Below are positions 7,919-16,350 of a stretch of DNA of 53,951 nt, piece by piece. The translations under genes were made by a program, and so were the position numbers. Numbering within the stretch: position 1 is the stretch's first letter; every line of letters starts with the position of its first letter. The notes under the pieces were generated by a model, which saw only the letters and a program-made list of their open reading frames with translations, did not search any database and was not told the DNA's origin. Source of the stretch: a virus (Duplodnaviria > Caudoviricetes); IMG/VR virus record IMGVR_UViG_2228664021_000103, positions 1 through 53,951 of that record; one strand, given 5' to 3'.

Positions 7919-10174
7919 TTGCGGCAATTCTTCACCACCATCTTTGGCGACCAGCAGGGCAATGTCACCATTGGTCTCCGCGATCAGCCGGGTCCCAGCG
8001 GAAAGCTCAATCGTTACGAGTGGTTCCAATATCCGGAACAGCTCGATTCGATGGTTGCATACTGCGAAGCGCACGCCGATGGGGATCTGTACTTCTCTCC
8101 TCTCGTGTATGGTGATGATGTTGAGATTCTGAAATCTGGACGCAAGATTATTGCGCGGACGCCAGAAAACGCTAAGACGACGCATTGCATCTATCTCGAC
8201 GCCGATACGGCGCGCCCACAAGACTTCCGCCTTTCGCCCTCCATCATCGTGCAAACCTCAAAGGACCGCTACCACTGCTATTGGATGCTGACTGAGCCTA
8301 CCGATTCTGGGTTTGCCGCCAACATCAGCCACCGTATTACTACCGCGCACAAGGCGAGCGGTAGTGACCAGAACGGATGGAGCGCTAACAAGGTACTCAG
8401 GGTTCCCTTCTCTAAGAACACGAGCCACGGGTTCTATGAGGAGGTTACCGTTGCCTATACTGGCGAGCTATACGACGTAAACGACTTGTCGGGTGCCTAT
8501 GATGACGTTGATGTTACCGAGCGCCCATACATGCGGCCCAGCGAGAATCCGATCGTCATCGACACTCCGGAGGATCTTCCGGATTACGGGACGACGCTAG
8601 AGAAGCTTCCTCGCGAAGTCCTGCGCAAGGCACTGGCCGAGCCACGAGAGAACAACCGCTCAGAGCTACGCTATGCCCTGCTCTGCTCTCTCTTCCGCTC
8701 CACCAACCTCTCGTTCGAGGAGGTCTTGTCTGTCGCCTGGCACGCTCCCGCCTCAAGGAAGTGGAGCCTAGAGGATTCTCGTGGCATCAATGGACTCATT
8801 GCCGAGGCCGTGAAAGCACAAACGGAGGTCGAAGCTGAGAAAGAGATACAGGCCAGTGCACCCACACCCGATGAGGGGGTAGTGAACCGAACCTCTACTA
8901 CCGACGCCTTCAATCGGGTAAGTCTGCTTTCCGACTCCGAACGCGAGTCGTTGGCTGGGGATGAGAACTGGATTTCGCGCTACGTCAAGTGGACCTCCAC
9001 GAAATACCCGAAGCAGAACGCCCCCTATGACAGAATCAATGCATGGACCATCCTGTCGGCGGCACTGTGTGATGTTGGATTCATCCCCCGTCGCAATGGC
9101 CCAGAGCGCCTGAACCTTTACACGATGACGCTGGGTGATACCACGACGGGCAAGACCGCCGCCTTGCGGGTCATGTTCAACGTTCTCAAGGAATGCTTCT
9201 CTGAGGATCAGGGATACAATATCGGTGGCAACTCGTCCCCTTCGGCCCTGGGCCGCAAGCTTATCGAGCGCGACGGCAAGGTATCCTTCTTCAACCGCGA
9301 TGAGGCGCATGGTGTCCTCAAGACGTGGAGCAGTCAGGACTGGACAACGGGGATCATGGAGGATCTAGCCCTCCTCTATGACGGACACGTACCGCCCCAG
9401 TTGCGCACCGGGAACTGGGAGTCCAGTGGCAAGAGCGCTGAAACATTCTTCCTGATGCACCTGATGGGAACTCCTGACGCAATCGTCAGTGCGCTTTCCA
9501 GAGAGATGTTTCTCACGGGATTTCTAGCTCGCTTCTGCTGGGTTATCGGTGAGCCTCGTACCGTCACCAAAGAATCGATGGCTGAAATCGACTCAGATGG
9601 GAACGAGGTGAAGCTGGGGTTTGATCCCATGGCAAGGCAGTTCGCCGCAGAGTTCGCTAACGTCAAAAGGATCATCCGCCAGAAGCACTCAGCTCGCCAG
9701 ATAGCGGTCAAAATCTCGGCAGAGGGCGCACGCAGAATGCAGGAGGTCAAGTGGACGATGAGCACCATGTTGACAAGCCACCGGAACTGGGATATCTTGG
9801 AACCATCTCTCGTGCGTATGGGCGTGACGATTCGGAAGTGTGCATCACTCCTGGCACTGTCGGAGGGTAAGGATGTTGCTGATGAGAGGCATGTTTTGCT
9901 TGCAATCGAGGCGGCTGAGGAATGGGTGACGAACCTCGTGAACCTGTCGGACAAGATCAGTGCGTCAGACTTCGAGCGGGCGTGCGATCGGATTGAGCAG
10001 TATGTTGTCGAGCGCGGCGGATCGGTTGAGCTGGCCGTTCTGAATAGACGGTTCCGTGCAATTGATGCCCGGTTCCTGGATGGCTACCTCAAGGCGCTGA
10101 TTGGTCAGGGCAGGCTGCGCGAGGGTGGCGGCGAAAAGCAACGCAAATATATCGAGTTGAACAAGGAGGATTGA
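7919..10174 (+). CDS. DNA primase (RepB-like AEP) fused to P-loop helicase
   Basis: YFSP, IYLDAD, PSIIVQTSKDRYHCYW, VLRVP primase motifs; GDTTTGKT, RDE, GFLARF helicase motifs; GGGAGG SD with TTG start. Confidence 0.85.
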   Translation: MRQFFTTIFGDQQGNVTIGLRDQPGPSGKLNRYEWFQYPEQLDSMVAYCEAHADGDLYFSPLVYGDDVEILKSGRKIIARTPENAKTTHCIYLDADTARPQDFRLSPSIIVQTSKDRYHCYWMLTEPTDSGFAANISHRITTAHKASGSDQNGWSANKVLRVPFSKNTSHGFYEEVTVAYTGELYDVNDLSGAYDDVDVTERPYMRPSENPIVIDTPEDLPDYGTTLEKLPREVLRKALAEPRENNRSELRYALLCSLFRSTNLSFEEVLSVAWHAPASRKWSLEDSRGINGLIAEAVKAQTEVEAEKEIQASAPTPDEGVVNRTSTTDAFNRVSLLSDSERESLAGDENWISRYVKWTSTKYPKQNAPYDRINAWTILSAALCDVGFIPRRNGPERLNLYTMTLGDTTTGKTAALRVMFNVLKECFSEDQGYNIGGNSSPSALGRKLIERDGKVSFFNRDEAHGVLKTWSSQDWTTGIMEDLALLYDGHVPPQLRTGNWESSGKSAETFFLMHLMGTPDAIVSALSREMFLTGFLARFCWVIGEPRTVTKESMAEIDSDGNEVKLGFDPMARQFAAEFANVKRIIRQKHSARQIAVKISAEGARRMQEVKWTMSTMLTSHRNWDILEPSLVRMGVTIRKCASLLALSEGKDVADERHVLLAIEAAEEWVTNLVNLSDKISASDFERACDRIEQYVVERGGSVELAVLNRRFRAIDARFLDGYLKALIGQGRLREGGGEKQRKYIELNKED

Positions 10175-10386
10175 TGACTAAGACGACAGATCATAGAGGG
10201 TTCCTGTACATGGCTATCTGCTTGGAGCTTATGGATTTGAGGCAGGATATCGAATTCCATGAACTATTCGTGAAGGGTGGATACGACTGGAATATCATCG
10301 TTGAGAGACTTGCTATATTAGAGAATCTAGTAGCAGATTATGCTGATGAGCACTTCGCCGTCAGGGTGATTGGGGATGATTTTTGA
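10174..10386 (+). CDS. hypothetical protein
   Basis: AAGGAGG SD, coupled. Confidence 0.65.
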   Translation: MTKTTDHRGFLYMAICLELMDLRQDIEFHELFVKGGYDWNIIVERLAILENLVADYADEHFAVRVIGDDF

Positions 10387-10595
10387 TGACTAAACCAATG
10401 GAGTGTATCGGGTGTGGACGTAGGCCCGAGGAGATTCCCGAATACGTCTATGCCGCAACCGAGGAGGACATGACTCCGAGCGAGTATGTGGAGACCGAGG
10501 AGGGAACCTACAACGAAGTGACCGGAGCATTCGCGTGCGACAGTTGCTACATCGCCATGGGCGTGCCGAGTTTGCCGGAGGGATGGAAAGCGTGA
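10386..10595 (+). CDS. Zn-binding hypothetical protein
   Basis: CIGC...CDSC. Confidence 0.65.
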   Translation: MTKPMECIGCGRRPEEIPEYVYAATEEDMTPSEYVETEEGTYNEVTGAFACDSCYIAMGVPSLPEGWKA

Positions 10596-10626
10596 CTCGC
10601 GTAGGAGGCATTGGAGGGATTGCTCG

Positions 10627-10770
10627 ATGACTAGCGGAAAGTTCTGGTTGTGGTGGACAAATGGGAGGCGTAACTATCCTAAATACGATGACTGGTTCCT
10701 ATGGGCTCTACTCTACGGATTCGCCGGGGTGGCGCTTGTTGGCATTATTGGGGGGCTCCTGTTCCGATGA
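10627..10770 (+). CDS. 47-aa membrane protein
   Basis: GGAGG SD; hydrophobic C-terminal helix WFLWALLYGFAGVALVGIIGGLLF; ATGA coupling to next gene. Confidence 0.55.
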   Translation: MTSGKFWLWWTNGRRNYPKYDDWFLWALLYGFAGVALVGIIGGLLFR

Positions 10771-10934
10771 CTAGCGATTATGCTGAGATATTTGGACACG
10801 AGCCCGAACCGTGGCGCAAGCCCCTGGGGGCACTTAGGCTAACTCTAGCTGGGGACCACCCGTGGACGCTGGAGCGGGCGAGAATTGAGTGCGAGGAATT
10901 GGTTAGGGTGCTGAATGGGGATACAGATGACTGA
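10767..10934 (+). CDS. hypothetical protein
   Basis: ATGA coupling. Confidence 0.5.
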   Translation: MTSDYAEIFGHEPEPWRKPLGALRLTLAGDHPWTLERARIECEELVRVLNGDTDD

Positions 10935-11280
10935 TGAGATGCGGCCACTCCCGCTGTGGCCCTATCCCGTGAAGCCGGAATACATGGCCTTGATACGTGA
11001 AGCCAAGGCTCGAATGGACGTTGACTATAAGATTTTCCCGAGGCCGTCAGTGGCCGGTAGCGGACTTACACTGGCGTTTGGCACCCCAGCACCACACATG
11101 GGGGATTCGCTCGTCCTGAGCTATCCTGTGGACGCTGAGACCATATTCTGGGCGCTTAAGGTTGTTCTGGGTGAGGGACTGCGTTTTTCGACCACGACGG
11201 ACAATCTGAGGGCAATCCTGGGCGATGGTGTACAGGAATTGAATCCAGAAGAAGTAGAACGAAAGGTGGGATTTGCATGA
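10927..11280 (+). CDS. hypothetical protein
   Basis: overlapping operon ORF. Confidence 0.65.
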   Translation: MTDEMRPLPLWPYPVKPEYMALIREAKARMDVDYKIFPRPSVAGSGLTLAFGTPAPHMGDSLVLSYPVDAETIFWALKVVLGEGLRFSTTTDNLRAILGDGVQELNPEEVERKVGFA

Positions 11281-11429
11281 GTTTCGTAACTATAAGCGGT
11301 ACGATGACAGAGGCTGAATTTGATGCCATTGCCCTCGGGCTTGTATCTGAAAGTTTTGCGTCAGTGGACGCCGCATATAACGGATCCAGCGCTGAGGGCG
11401 CGTTTCTTATAAGCATGAAGGAGGAGTGA
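11277..11429 (+). CDS. 50-aa hypothetical protein
   Basis: ATGA coupled at its start and TGATG at its end, fills the gap exactly. Confidence 0.55.
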   Translation: MSFVTISGTMTEAEFDAIALGLVSESFASVDAAYNGSSAEGAFLISMKEE

Positions 11430-11665
11430 TGACTGACGCCCCTTACGATTTGGAATCCGAATTGAGTAACCTCTTGAAAGCGATGAGGGATCAAGAGGAG
11501 GAGTGGCTGCTCAGCATTTTTGGGAACTACGAGAACGCACAGCGATGGGGTAAATATTATGAAATTGAAGAATACCCGATCGAATTACATGAAACCGAAG
11601 ATGGCATCTATAGATTTACGCAGAAACTGGGATTCCGATTGAAAGATGTGGAGATTGCAGAATGA
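11429..11665 (+). CDS. acidic hypothetical protein
   Basis: AAGGAGG SD. Confidence 0.65.
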   Translation: MTDAPYDLESELSNLLKAMRDQEEEWLLSIFGNYENAQRWGKYYEIEEYPIELHETEDGIYRFTQKLGFRLKDVEIAE

Positions 11666-12246
11666 GAATCATCGTAGATCAGGATGGCGTGATCGCCAAC
11701 TGGGGTAAACAGTGGGACTTGTATCTGGACACGATGGACGGGACTGATCGCATTCCCCGCCACCGTGAACAGCGTAGTTTCGACCTAAAGGCGGGACTCG
11801 ATGATGACGAGAGGCGGATTATTGACGATGTTATGGCAACGCCTGGATTTTATGCGGACCTTGAACCTATCGATGGTGCGATTGAGGGCTTGCATCATCT
11901 TGTAGCGCTCGGTCACGACGTGAGGATCTGTACGAGTCCATGGGTATCGAATCCCACTTGCGCCAGCGATAAGCTGAACTGGGTTGGCAAGCATCTCGGC
12001 CAGGAGTGGATGAAGCGCACGATCATCACCTTCGACAAGACCATAACCCGTGGCGACTTCCTCATTGACGATAAGCCGCAGGTGACCGGCAGCATGAAGC
12101 CGGAGTGGGAGCACGTACTTTTCGATCAGCCATATAATCAGAGTGTCACCAATGGGCAGTACCGGATTATGGATTGGAGCGTCGTGGAGGTTGAGATGGT
12201 CGAATATTATATGGACACAATGAGAGGGGTTTCAAGTCTTGTCTGA
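11662..12246 (+). CDS. 5'(3')-deoxyribonucleotidase (NT5C-type HAD)
   Basis: DQDGVIANW motif I, CTSP, DKLNWV, DFLIDDKP, LFDQPYN. Confidence 0.9.
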   Translation: MRIIVDQDGVIANWGKQWDLYLDTMDGTDRIPRHREQRSFDLKAGLDDDERRIIDDVMATPGFYADLEPIDGAIEGLHHLVALGHDVRICTSPWVSNPTCASDKLNWVGKHLGQEWMKRTIITFDKTITRGDFLIDDKPQVTGSMKPEWEHVLFDQPYNQSVTNGQYRIMDWSVVEVEMVEYYMDTMRGVSSLV

Positions 12247-12616
12247 GGAAATAAGAACAACGAGTTCAACGGGTGGACAGAAGGGCAAGAAGCTGGAGGA
12301 GATGTCGGCACTTGATCCTCATTCGCTCATGCTGGTTGCAGCAGTGGCTGGTTTTGGAGCAACCAAATATTCCAAGCTGAATTTCATGAGGGGCTATGAG
12401 TGGTCGTTGTCATATGACGCCCTCCAAAGGCACCTGCATCAATTTTGGAACGGTCAGGACGTGGACGACGAGTCACAGATGCTGCACCTTGCGCACGCAG
12501 CCTGGCACTGCCTAGCGCTCATCTCGTTCTACGAGCGGGGCCTTGGTACCGATGATAGGTATGCCTCAACGCCAGAGCTGGCGGACCTACAGACAAGGAA
12601 CCCGTGGGATGAGTAG
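12239..12616 (+). CDS. dATP/dGTP diphosphohydrolase domain protein (DUF5664-like)
   Basis: GATKY..NF.RG..WS..YDALQRHL..FWNGQDVDDES...HLAHAAW. Confidence 0.85.
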   Translation: MSEEIRTTSSTGGQKGKKLEEMSALDPHSLMLVAAVAGFGATKYSKLNFMRGYEWSLSYDALQRHLHQFWNGQDVDDESQMLHLAHAAWHCLALISFYERGLGTDDRYASTPELADLQTRNPWDE

Positions 12617-12788
12617 AGTAGACGTACCCACATTACAATGCGATCGGTGTGCGGCTAGAACCACGAATCAGACTGAGATGTCTCGGTTTATGAGGCTCAC
12701 CCATTACCACATGGGGGGCCAAAAAGAGTGGGACCTGTGTGTGTCTTGCAGGGAGGCATTCAACGCATTTATGAAGGAGCTAAAATGA
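12609..12788 (+). CDS. Zn-finger hypothetical protein
   Basis: CDRC...DLCVSC. Confidence 0.65.
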   Translation: MSRVDVPTLQCDRCAARTTNQTEMSRFMRLTHYHMGGQKEWDLCVSCREAFNAFMKELK

Positions 12789-12967
12789 CTGATGAATCTA
12801 TGAATGGAACAATCCATTTGGAGGTTGAAATCTTTCCCCTGACGCGCTACTCCTGGACGATCCGTAGGGCCGGAAGGCAGATCATTAGCGGTGGGTCTTA
12901 TGATTCGCCAGAGAATGCCTTCAGCGCTGCGGCTGACTGGATTGAGGGGAGTGTGTTCGATGACTGA
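12785..12967 (+). CDS. hypothetical protein
   Basis: AAGGAG SD. Confidence 0.6.
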   Translation: MTDESMNGTIHLEVEIFPLTRYSWTIRRAGRQIISGGSYDSPENAFSAAADWIEGSVFDD

Positions 12968-13397
12968 CGAGTCATGGCATGAATACTTCCAGCGGCTGCG
13001 CCTTGAGCGTGAAGCCTACTCGGAGGGCGATGGCAGTACCGAGAAACACGATACCGTCATTCTCATTCCAGGTCGGCTTGCATCTGATGAGGAAATCCCG
13101 AGTCCAGCCCTCAAGCTAACCAAGACTCTTACCAATAACGGCTGGGAATTCAAGGTCGGTTACGCCAGGGCATCCAAGGAGGGTGACATCTTCAAGACGG
13201 GAGACCGTGCGGGCGAGAAGCGTGAGGATAAGGTTATCGAGACGTGCTGGATTGACGCCATCCACGTCGATCGAAAGAAGCGCTTCACGGCCTCGTGGCA
13301 GACCGTTGACGGCAAGACCACACTGGACTCCATCATGCACAACGGTTCGCTCATCAAGAGCGCGGAACTGAGCAAGCTTATCAAGGGGGACGAATGA
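12960..13397 (+). CDS. hypothetical protein
   Basis: GGGGAG SD, overlapping operon ORF. Confidence 0.7.
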   Translation: MTDESWHEYFQRLRLEREAYSEGDGSTEKHDTVILIPGRLASDEEIPSPALKLTKTLTNNGWEFKVGYARASKEGDIFKTGDRAGEKREDKVIETCWIDAIHVDRKKRFTASWQTVDGKTTLDSIMHNGSLIKSAELSKLIKGDE

Positions 13398-13903
13398 CCT
13401 ATCTTCTATCTATCGATCCAGGCCAAAATACGGGCATTGCGCTCGGCTATTATGACGCCACCAGTGGCTATCGGTTGATCGAGCGTTGGCAGGTTCACGG
13501 TGGCCTGCCGGGGTTCATGAGATGGTGGCACAAAATAAGACCCGACCACGGTTACTACGACGAGCTCGTCATCGAGCAATTCGTTCTCTCTGGGGCGAAC
13601 GAATTCACTGCCGATTTAACACCCGTTGGGATCGAGGGGGCGTTGTATGTCCTACTCGAAGGTCAGGAGATCCAGCCGACGTGGCAATTGCGCACGGCCA
13701 AGGGTGAGCTTGTTGGATATCCAGCGACGGCCAAGACGCCAGCCCAGCGGCAGCGCGTGCGGTTTGACTTCCTCGATCGTTTCGGTTTATATGCCGAGGG
13801 TGAGGACAACATAGACAGTAATGACGCCATCACTCACGCATTGGTATACCTTAAGGCACGTAAGCACATGCCGACGATGAGAAAGTATTGGAGAGAAAAC
13901 TAA
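13394..13903 (+). CDS. RuvC-like Holliday junction resolvase
   Basis: N-terminal LLSIDPGQNTGIA, LVIEQF, DSNDAITHAL. Confidence 0.8.
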   Translation: MTYLLSIDPGQNTGIALGYYDATSGYRLIERWQVHGGLPGFMRWWHKIRPDHGYYDELVIEQFVLSGANEFTADLTPVGIEGALYVLLEGQEIQPTWQLRTAKGELVGYPATAKTPAQRQRVRFDFLDRFGLYAEGEDNIDSNDAITHALVYLKARKHMPTMRKYWREN

Positions 13904-14178
13904 TGCCCCTGCACATTCCGATCTATGTAAACAATCAAGAGGTCTGTACGGTTCACATCGGTAGGGACGCCCCCCTCGTAGATGGTGATCCTTATTACCC
14001 GTATATCGTCACCATGCACGAGTATCCGCAGACCCTGTATCCAGGCAGGCCCAGGCGATACACGCCCAACTGGGGCCTCGGGGTCGAGTTTGTGCATAAG
14101 CGTAGCGATGGGGTGCTAAAGTGCCTCAGTCGAGCCCTGGAAGCCTTAGAGGGCATAGAAAAAGCCACGAGCACATGA
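13903..14178 (+). CDS. hypothetical protein
   Basis: TAATG coupling, GGAG SD. Confidence 0.65.
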   Translation: MPLHIPIYVNNQEVCTVHIGRDAPLVDGDPYYPYIVTMHEYPQTLYPGRPRRYTPNWGLGVEFVHKRSDGVLKCLSRALEALEGIEKATST

Positions 14179-14188
14179 CCCGTGGCTT
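14159..14188 (-). terminator. intrinsic terminator at the convergence point
   Basis: AAGCCACG/CGTGGCTT stem; A-run on + strand gives a U-tract on - strand. Confidence 0.6.
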
Positions 14189-14204
14189 GATCTACCCTTC
14201 ATGG

Positions 14205-14435
14205 CTACTCGGTAAACGTACCATTCCCGGTGGGAAGGCCGTTCTGGGACAGATCATTGATCTGCTTAGTCGTGATGGCATTGGGGATCGCCAGAACAGA
14301 GATGGCGGTCAGGGCAGCAACGATGGAGGTGATCCAGCCCTGCCACTCACCGGGGATCTGCGCCGTAAACGCCGTAGCGATTGCACCGATCAGAGCGGCA
14401 ATGAACTTAGCGTACTGCTTAATCTTGTCAACCAT
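14205..14435 (-). CDS. putative holin (2 TM)
   Basis: YAKFIAALIGAIATAF and WITSIVAALTAISVLAIPN helices; GAGGAG SD. Confidence 0.7.
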   Translation of the reverse strand: MVDKIKQYAKFIAALIGAIATAFTAQIPGEWQGWITSIVAALTAISVLAIPNAITTKQINDLSQNGLPTGNGTFTE

Positions 14436-14468
14436 ATGGCTCCTCTTGTTGGTTCTATTCTACTACGC

Positions 14469-14552
14469 TTACTGGCAGCTCTCGCACTGAAGCTCGTCCA
14501 TCGGGTCGATGGGGCAAGCGTATCCGCCAATAGTTTCTACTTCGTCGTTCAA
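14469..14552 (-). CDS. 27-aa acidic peptide ending in CxxCQ (not in the ORF track)
   Basis: AAGGAG SD + TTG; MNDEVETIGGYACPIDPMDELQCESCQ; upstream -10 TAAGAT at 14577-14582. Confidence 0.7.
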   Translation of the reverse strand: MNDEVETIGGYACPIDPMDELQCESCQ

Positions 14553-14576
14553 TTCTCTCCTTGGGTTAGATATCCA

Positions 14577-14629
14577 ATCTTACACCATTTAGAAGTGCGA
14601 TGTGCTCGATAATTTAGCCGTGATAAACT
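14577..14629. promoter_or_regulatory. divergent -10 promoter pair
   Basis: - strand TAAGAT (14577-14582) and + strand TGaTAAACT (14621-14629). Confidence 0.5.
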
Positions 14630-14656
14630 GAATCGTTCATAGGAGGACAAACACAT

Positions 14657-15406
14657 ATGTCTGCAAAAATCGGATTTTGGGATGTTGAGCTAACGCCACT
14701 GGAAGTATATTCGTGGTCGCTCTGGCCAGACGTAATCCCCATCACCATGATTAAGGAACGACAGCACATGCTTTGTTTCGGATGGCGCTGGTATGGGCAG
14801 AAGAAGGTGATTACCAAAAGTGTCCACCATGACGGTGAAGAGGAGATGCTGAAATCGCTCTGGAATTTCCTCGATGAGGCTGATGCTGTCGTATCGTGGA
14901 ATGGCAAGGGCTTCGATAGCAAGCACGCACGCAGGGAGTTCCTGGAGTTCGGGATGAATCCACCATCCCCCTACAAGGAGATTGACCTGATGCTGACGGC
15001 AAAGTCTCAGTTCAAGATGCCGTCAAACAAGCTGGATTACTGGTCTCAAACTCTCGGCATCGGCAAGAAGAAGGAAACAGGCGGCTTCCAGCTTTGGCTG
15101 GATTGCATGGCCGGGGACGATGCAGCTTGGCGCAGGATGTTGACCTATCAGCGCCAGGATGTCAATCTCCTGGTAGATCTATACGAAAGAATGAAGCCCT
15201 GGATCGCAGCAAGCCCGAACATAGCACTCCTCAGTGGTGTTGAGGGCGGTTGCACCAACTGCGGATCTACCGACTTCCAGTGGCGAGGATTCGCCCATAC
15301 TGGAGTTTCTACCTACCGTAGATTCCAGTGCAACGTCTGCGGGAAATGGGGCCGTTCAGACAAGCGAGAGAAGAGCACACCCAGAACCATGCGCACAGCA
15401 ACCTAG
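14657..15406 (+). CDS. RNase H-fold DEDD 3'-5' exonuclease (DnaQ/PolB-exo-like) with C-terminal Zn ribbon
   Basis: WDVE (ExoI), SWNGKGFD (ExoII), YQRQDV (ExoIII), CTNC...CNVC; AGGAGG SD. Confidence 0.85.
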   Translation: MSAKIGFWDVELTPLEVYSWSLWPDVIPITMIKERQHMLCFGWRWYGQKKVITKSVHHDGEEEMLKSLWNFLDEADAVVSWNGKGFDSKHARREFLEFGMNPPSPYKEIDLMLTAKSQFKMPSNKLDYWSQTLGIGKKKETGGFQLWLDCMAGDDAAWRRMLTYQRQDVNLLVDLYERMKPWIAASPNIALLSGVEGGCTNCGSTDFQWRGFAHTGVSTYRRFQCNVCGKWGRSDKREKSTPRTMRTAT

Positions 15407-15415
15407 CCTACCGCT

Positions 15416-15461
15416 AGAAAAGCCCCTCAGCGGCCATGTACGCCGATCTGAGGGGTTTTCT
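15416..15461. terminator. bidirectional intrinsic terminator
   Basis: AGAAAAGCCCCTCAG...CTGAGGGGTTTTCT between convergent genes. Confidence 0.8.
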
Positions 15462-15474
15462 GCTGTCTGGGGTA

Positions 15475-15822
15475 CTATCTGTCCAGATGCGAGGGCTGAT
15501 CCCTTAAATCGTCGCCCTTGGGCTCAATCGAAGATCCCGTCCGGCCACGCCAATTCCTCCACAGAACCCACACGAGTCTCCACATGGAAAAAGCTACTGC
15601 GGTATAGGTAAGGAGGCGGAGGTCATGCTTGAGTTCGTATTCACCGAAGATGAGGCTGATGACGCCGAGGATGAAAAGCGCCACGAGGGCGGAGACAAAT
15701 CCCATCAACGACCGTCCGGCCTCGGTCTTGCGCCAGTTGAAGAAGGTCATGTAGGAAACGGCGAAGAAGATTGCCCCGGTTCCACCAATGAGAATAGCTA
15801 TATTGGTGATGATGTCAGACAC
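15475..15822 (-). CDS. 3-TM membrane protein (holin-like, lysis cassette)
   Basis: three hydrophobic helices; downstream of endolysin. Confidence 0.7.
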   Translation of the reverse strand: MSDIITNIAILIGGTGAIFFAVSYMTFFNWRKTEAGRSLMGFVSALVALFILGVISLIFGEYELKHDLRLLTYTAVAFSMWRLVWVLWRNWRGRTGSSIEPKGDDLRDQPSHLDR

Positions 15823-16024
15823 TTGTTCCCCTAGGTGAAAATGTTATTTGAATCTGTTCTCCGAAGTGATTGAGTTCGCGGCGCTCGATAAGTCTAGCAG
15901 TCAGCCGAGAAACGTATGGGGCCTGCCGCGTAACGTTAGCGAGATAGTTATCGGCTTCCCGTCGAATGGCACGAGCCTCGTCAATGTCGTCGGGGATGGG
16001 TGGAGATTTCCTATTTCGCCACAT
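15815..16024 (-). CDS. lysis-cassette hypothetical protein
   Basis: MWRNRKSPP...RRELNHFGEQI; GAGG SD. Confidence 0.65.
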   Translation of the reverse strand: MWRNRKSPPIPDDIDEARAIRREADNYLANVTRQAPYVSRLTARLIERRELNHFGEQIQITFSPRGTSV

Positions 16025-16337
16025 CGTCGCCTCTTGTGGGCTTGGTCGTAGTGTCCACTTCTGATCCATTCCCACCAATTGCACGGAAGAAATGGTCGGT
16101 GATCCTGTTAGATTCAATCAGATCTCCATTCTGACGCAATAGCTCGGAGTTGACGGATCGAACGCTGACCGCAGTTTCCTTCCACTCATCGCCCCGCTTG
16201 TTAGAGAGCTCCAGCTCCCTCTCGTGCGACGACCTGGGGATAAAGTATCCGCGCAGGAGGACAAAGGAAATCATCACGAGTACGCCAACGAGCGCCCCGA
16301 GCGGTGTGAGCGACCAAATTCCGGTCAGTTCCGACAT
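16011..16337 (-). CDS. single-TM + coiled-coil membrane protein (lysis cassette)
   Basis: N-terminal TM followed by an amphipathic region. Confidence 0.75.
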   Translation of the reverse strand: MSELTGIWSLTPLGALVGVLVMISFVLLRGYFIPRSSHERELELSNKRGDEWKETAVSVRSVNSELLRQNGDLIESNRITDHFFRAIGGNGSEVDTTTKPTRGDDVAK

Positions 16338-16350
16338 TATCTCTTCCGAC

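Noticed and set aside
11662-12616. dATP/dGTP diphosphohydrolase + nucleotidase as a sign of a Z-base or other modified-base genome
   Set aside because: No PurZ, dedicated polymerase or base-modification enzymes are recognisable; ordinary nucleotide-pool control is enough to explain them.
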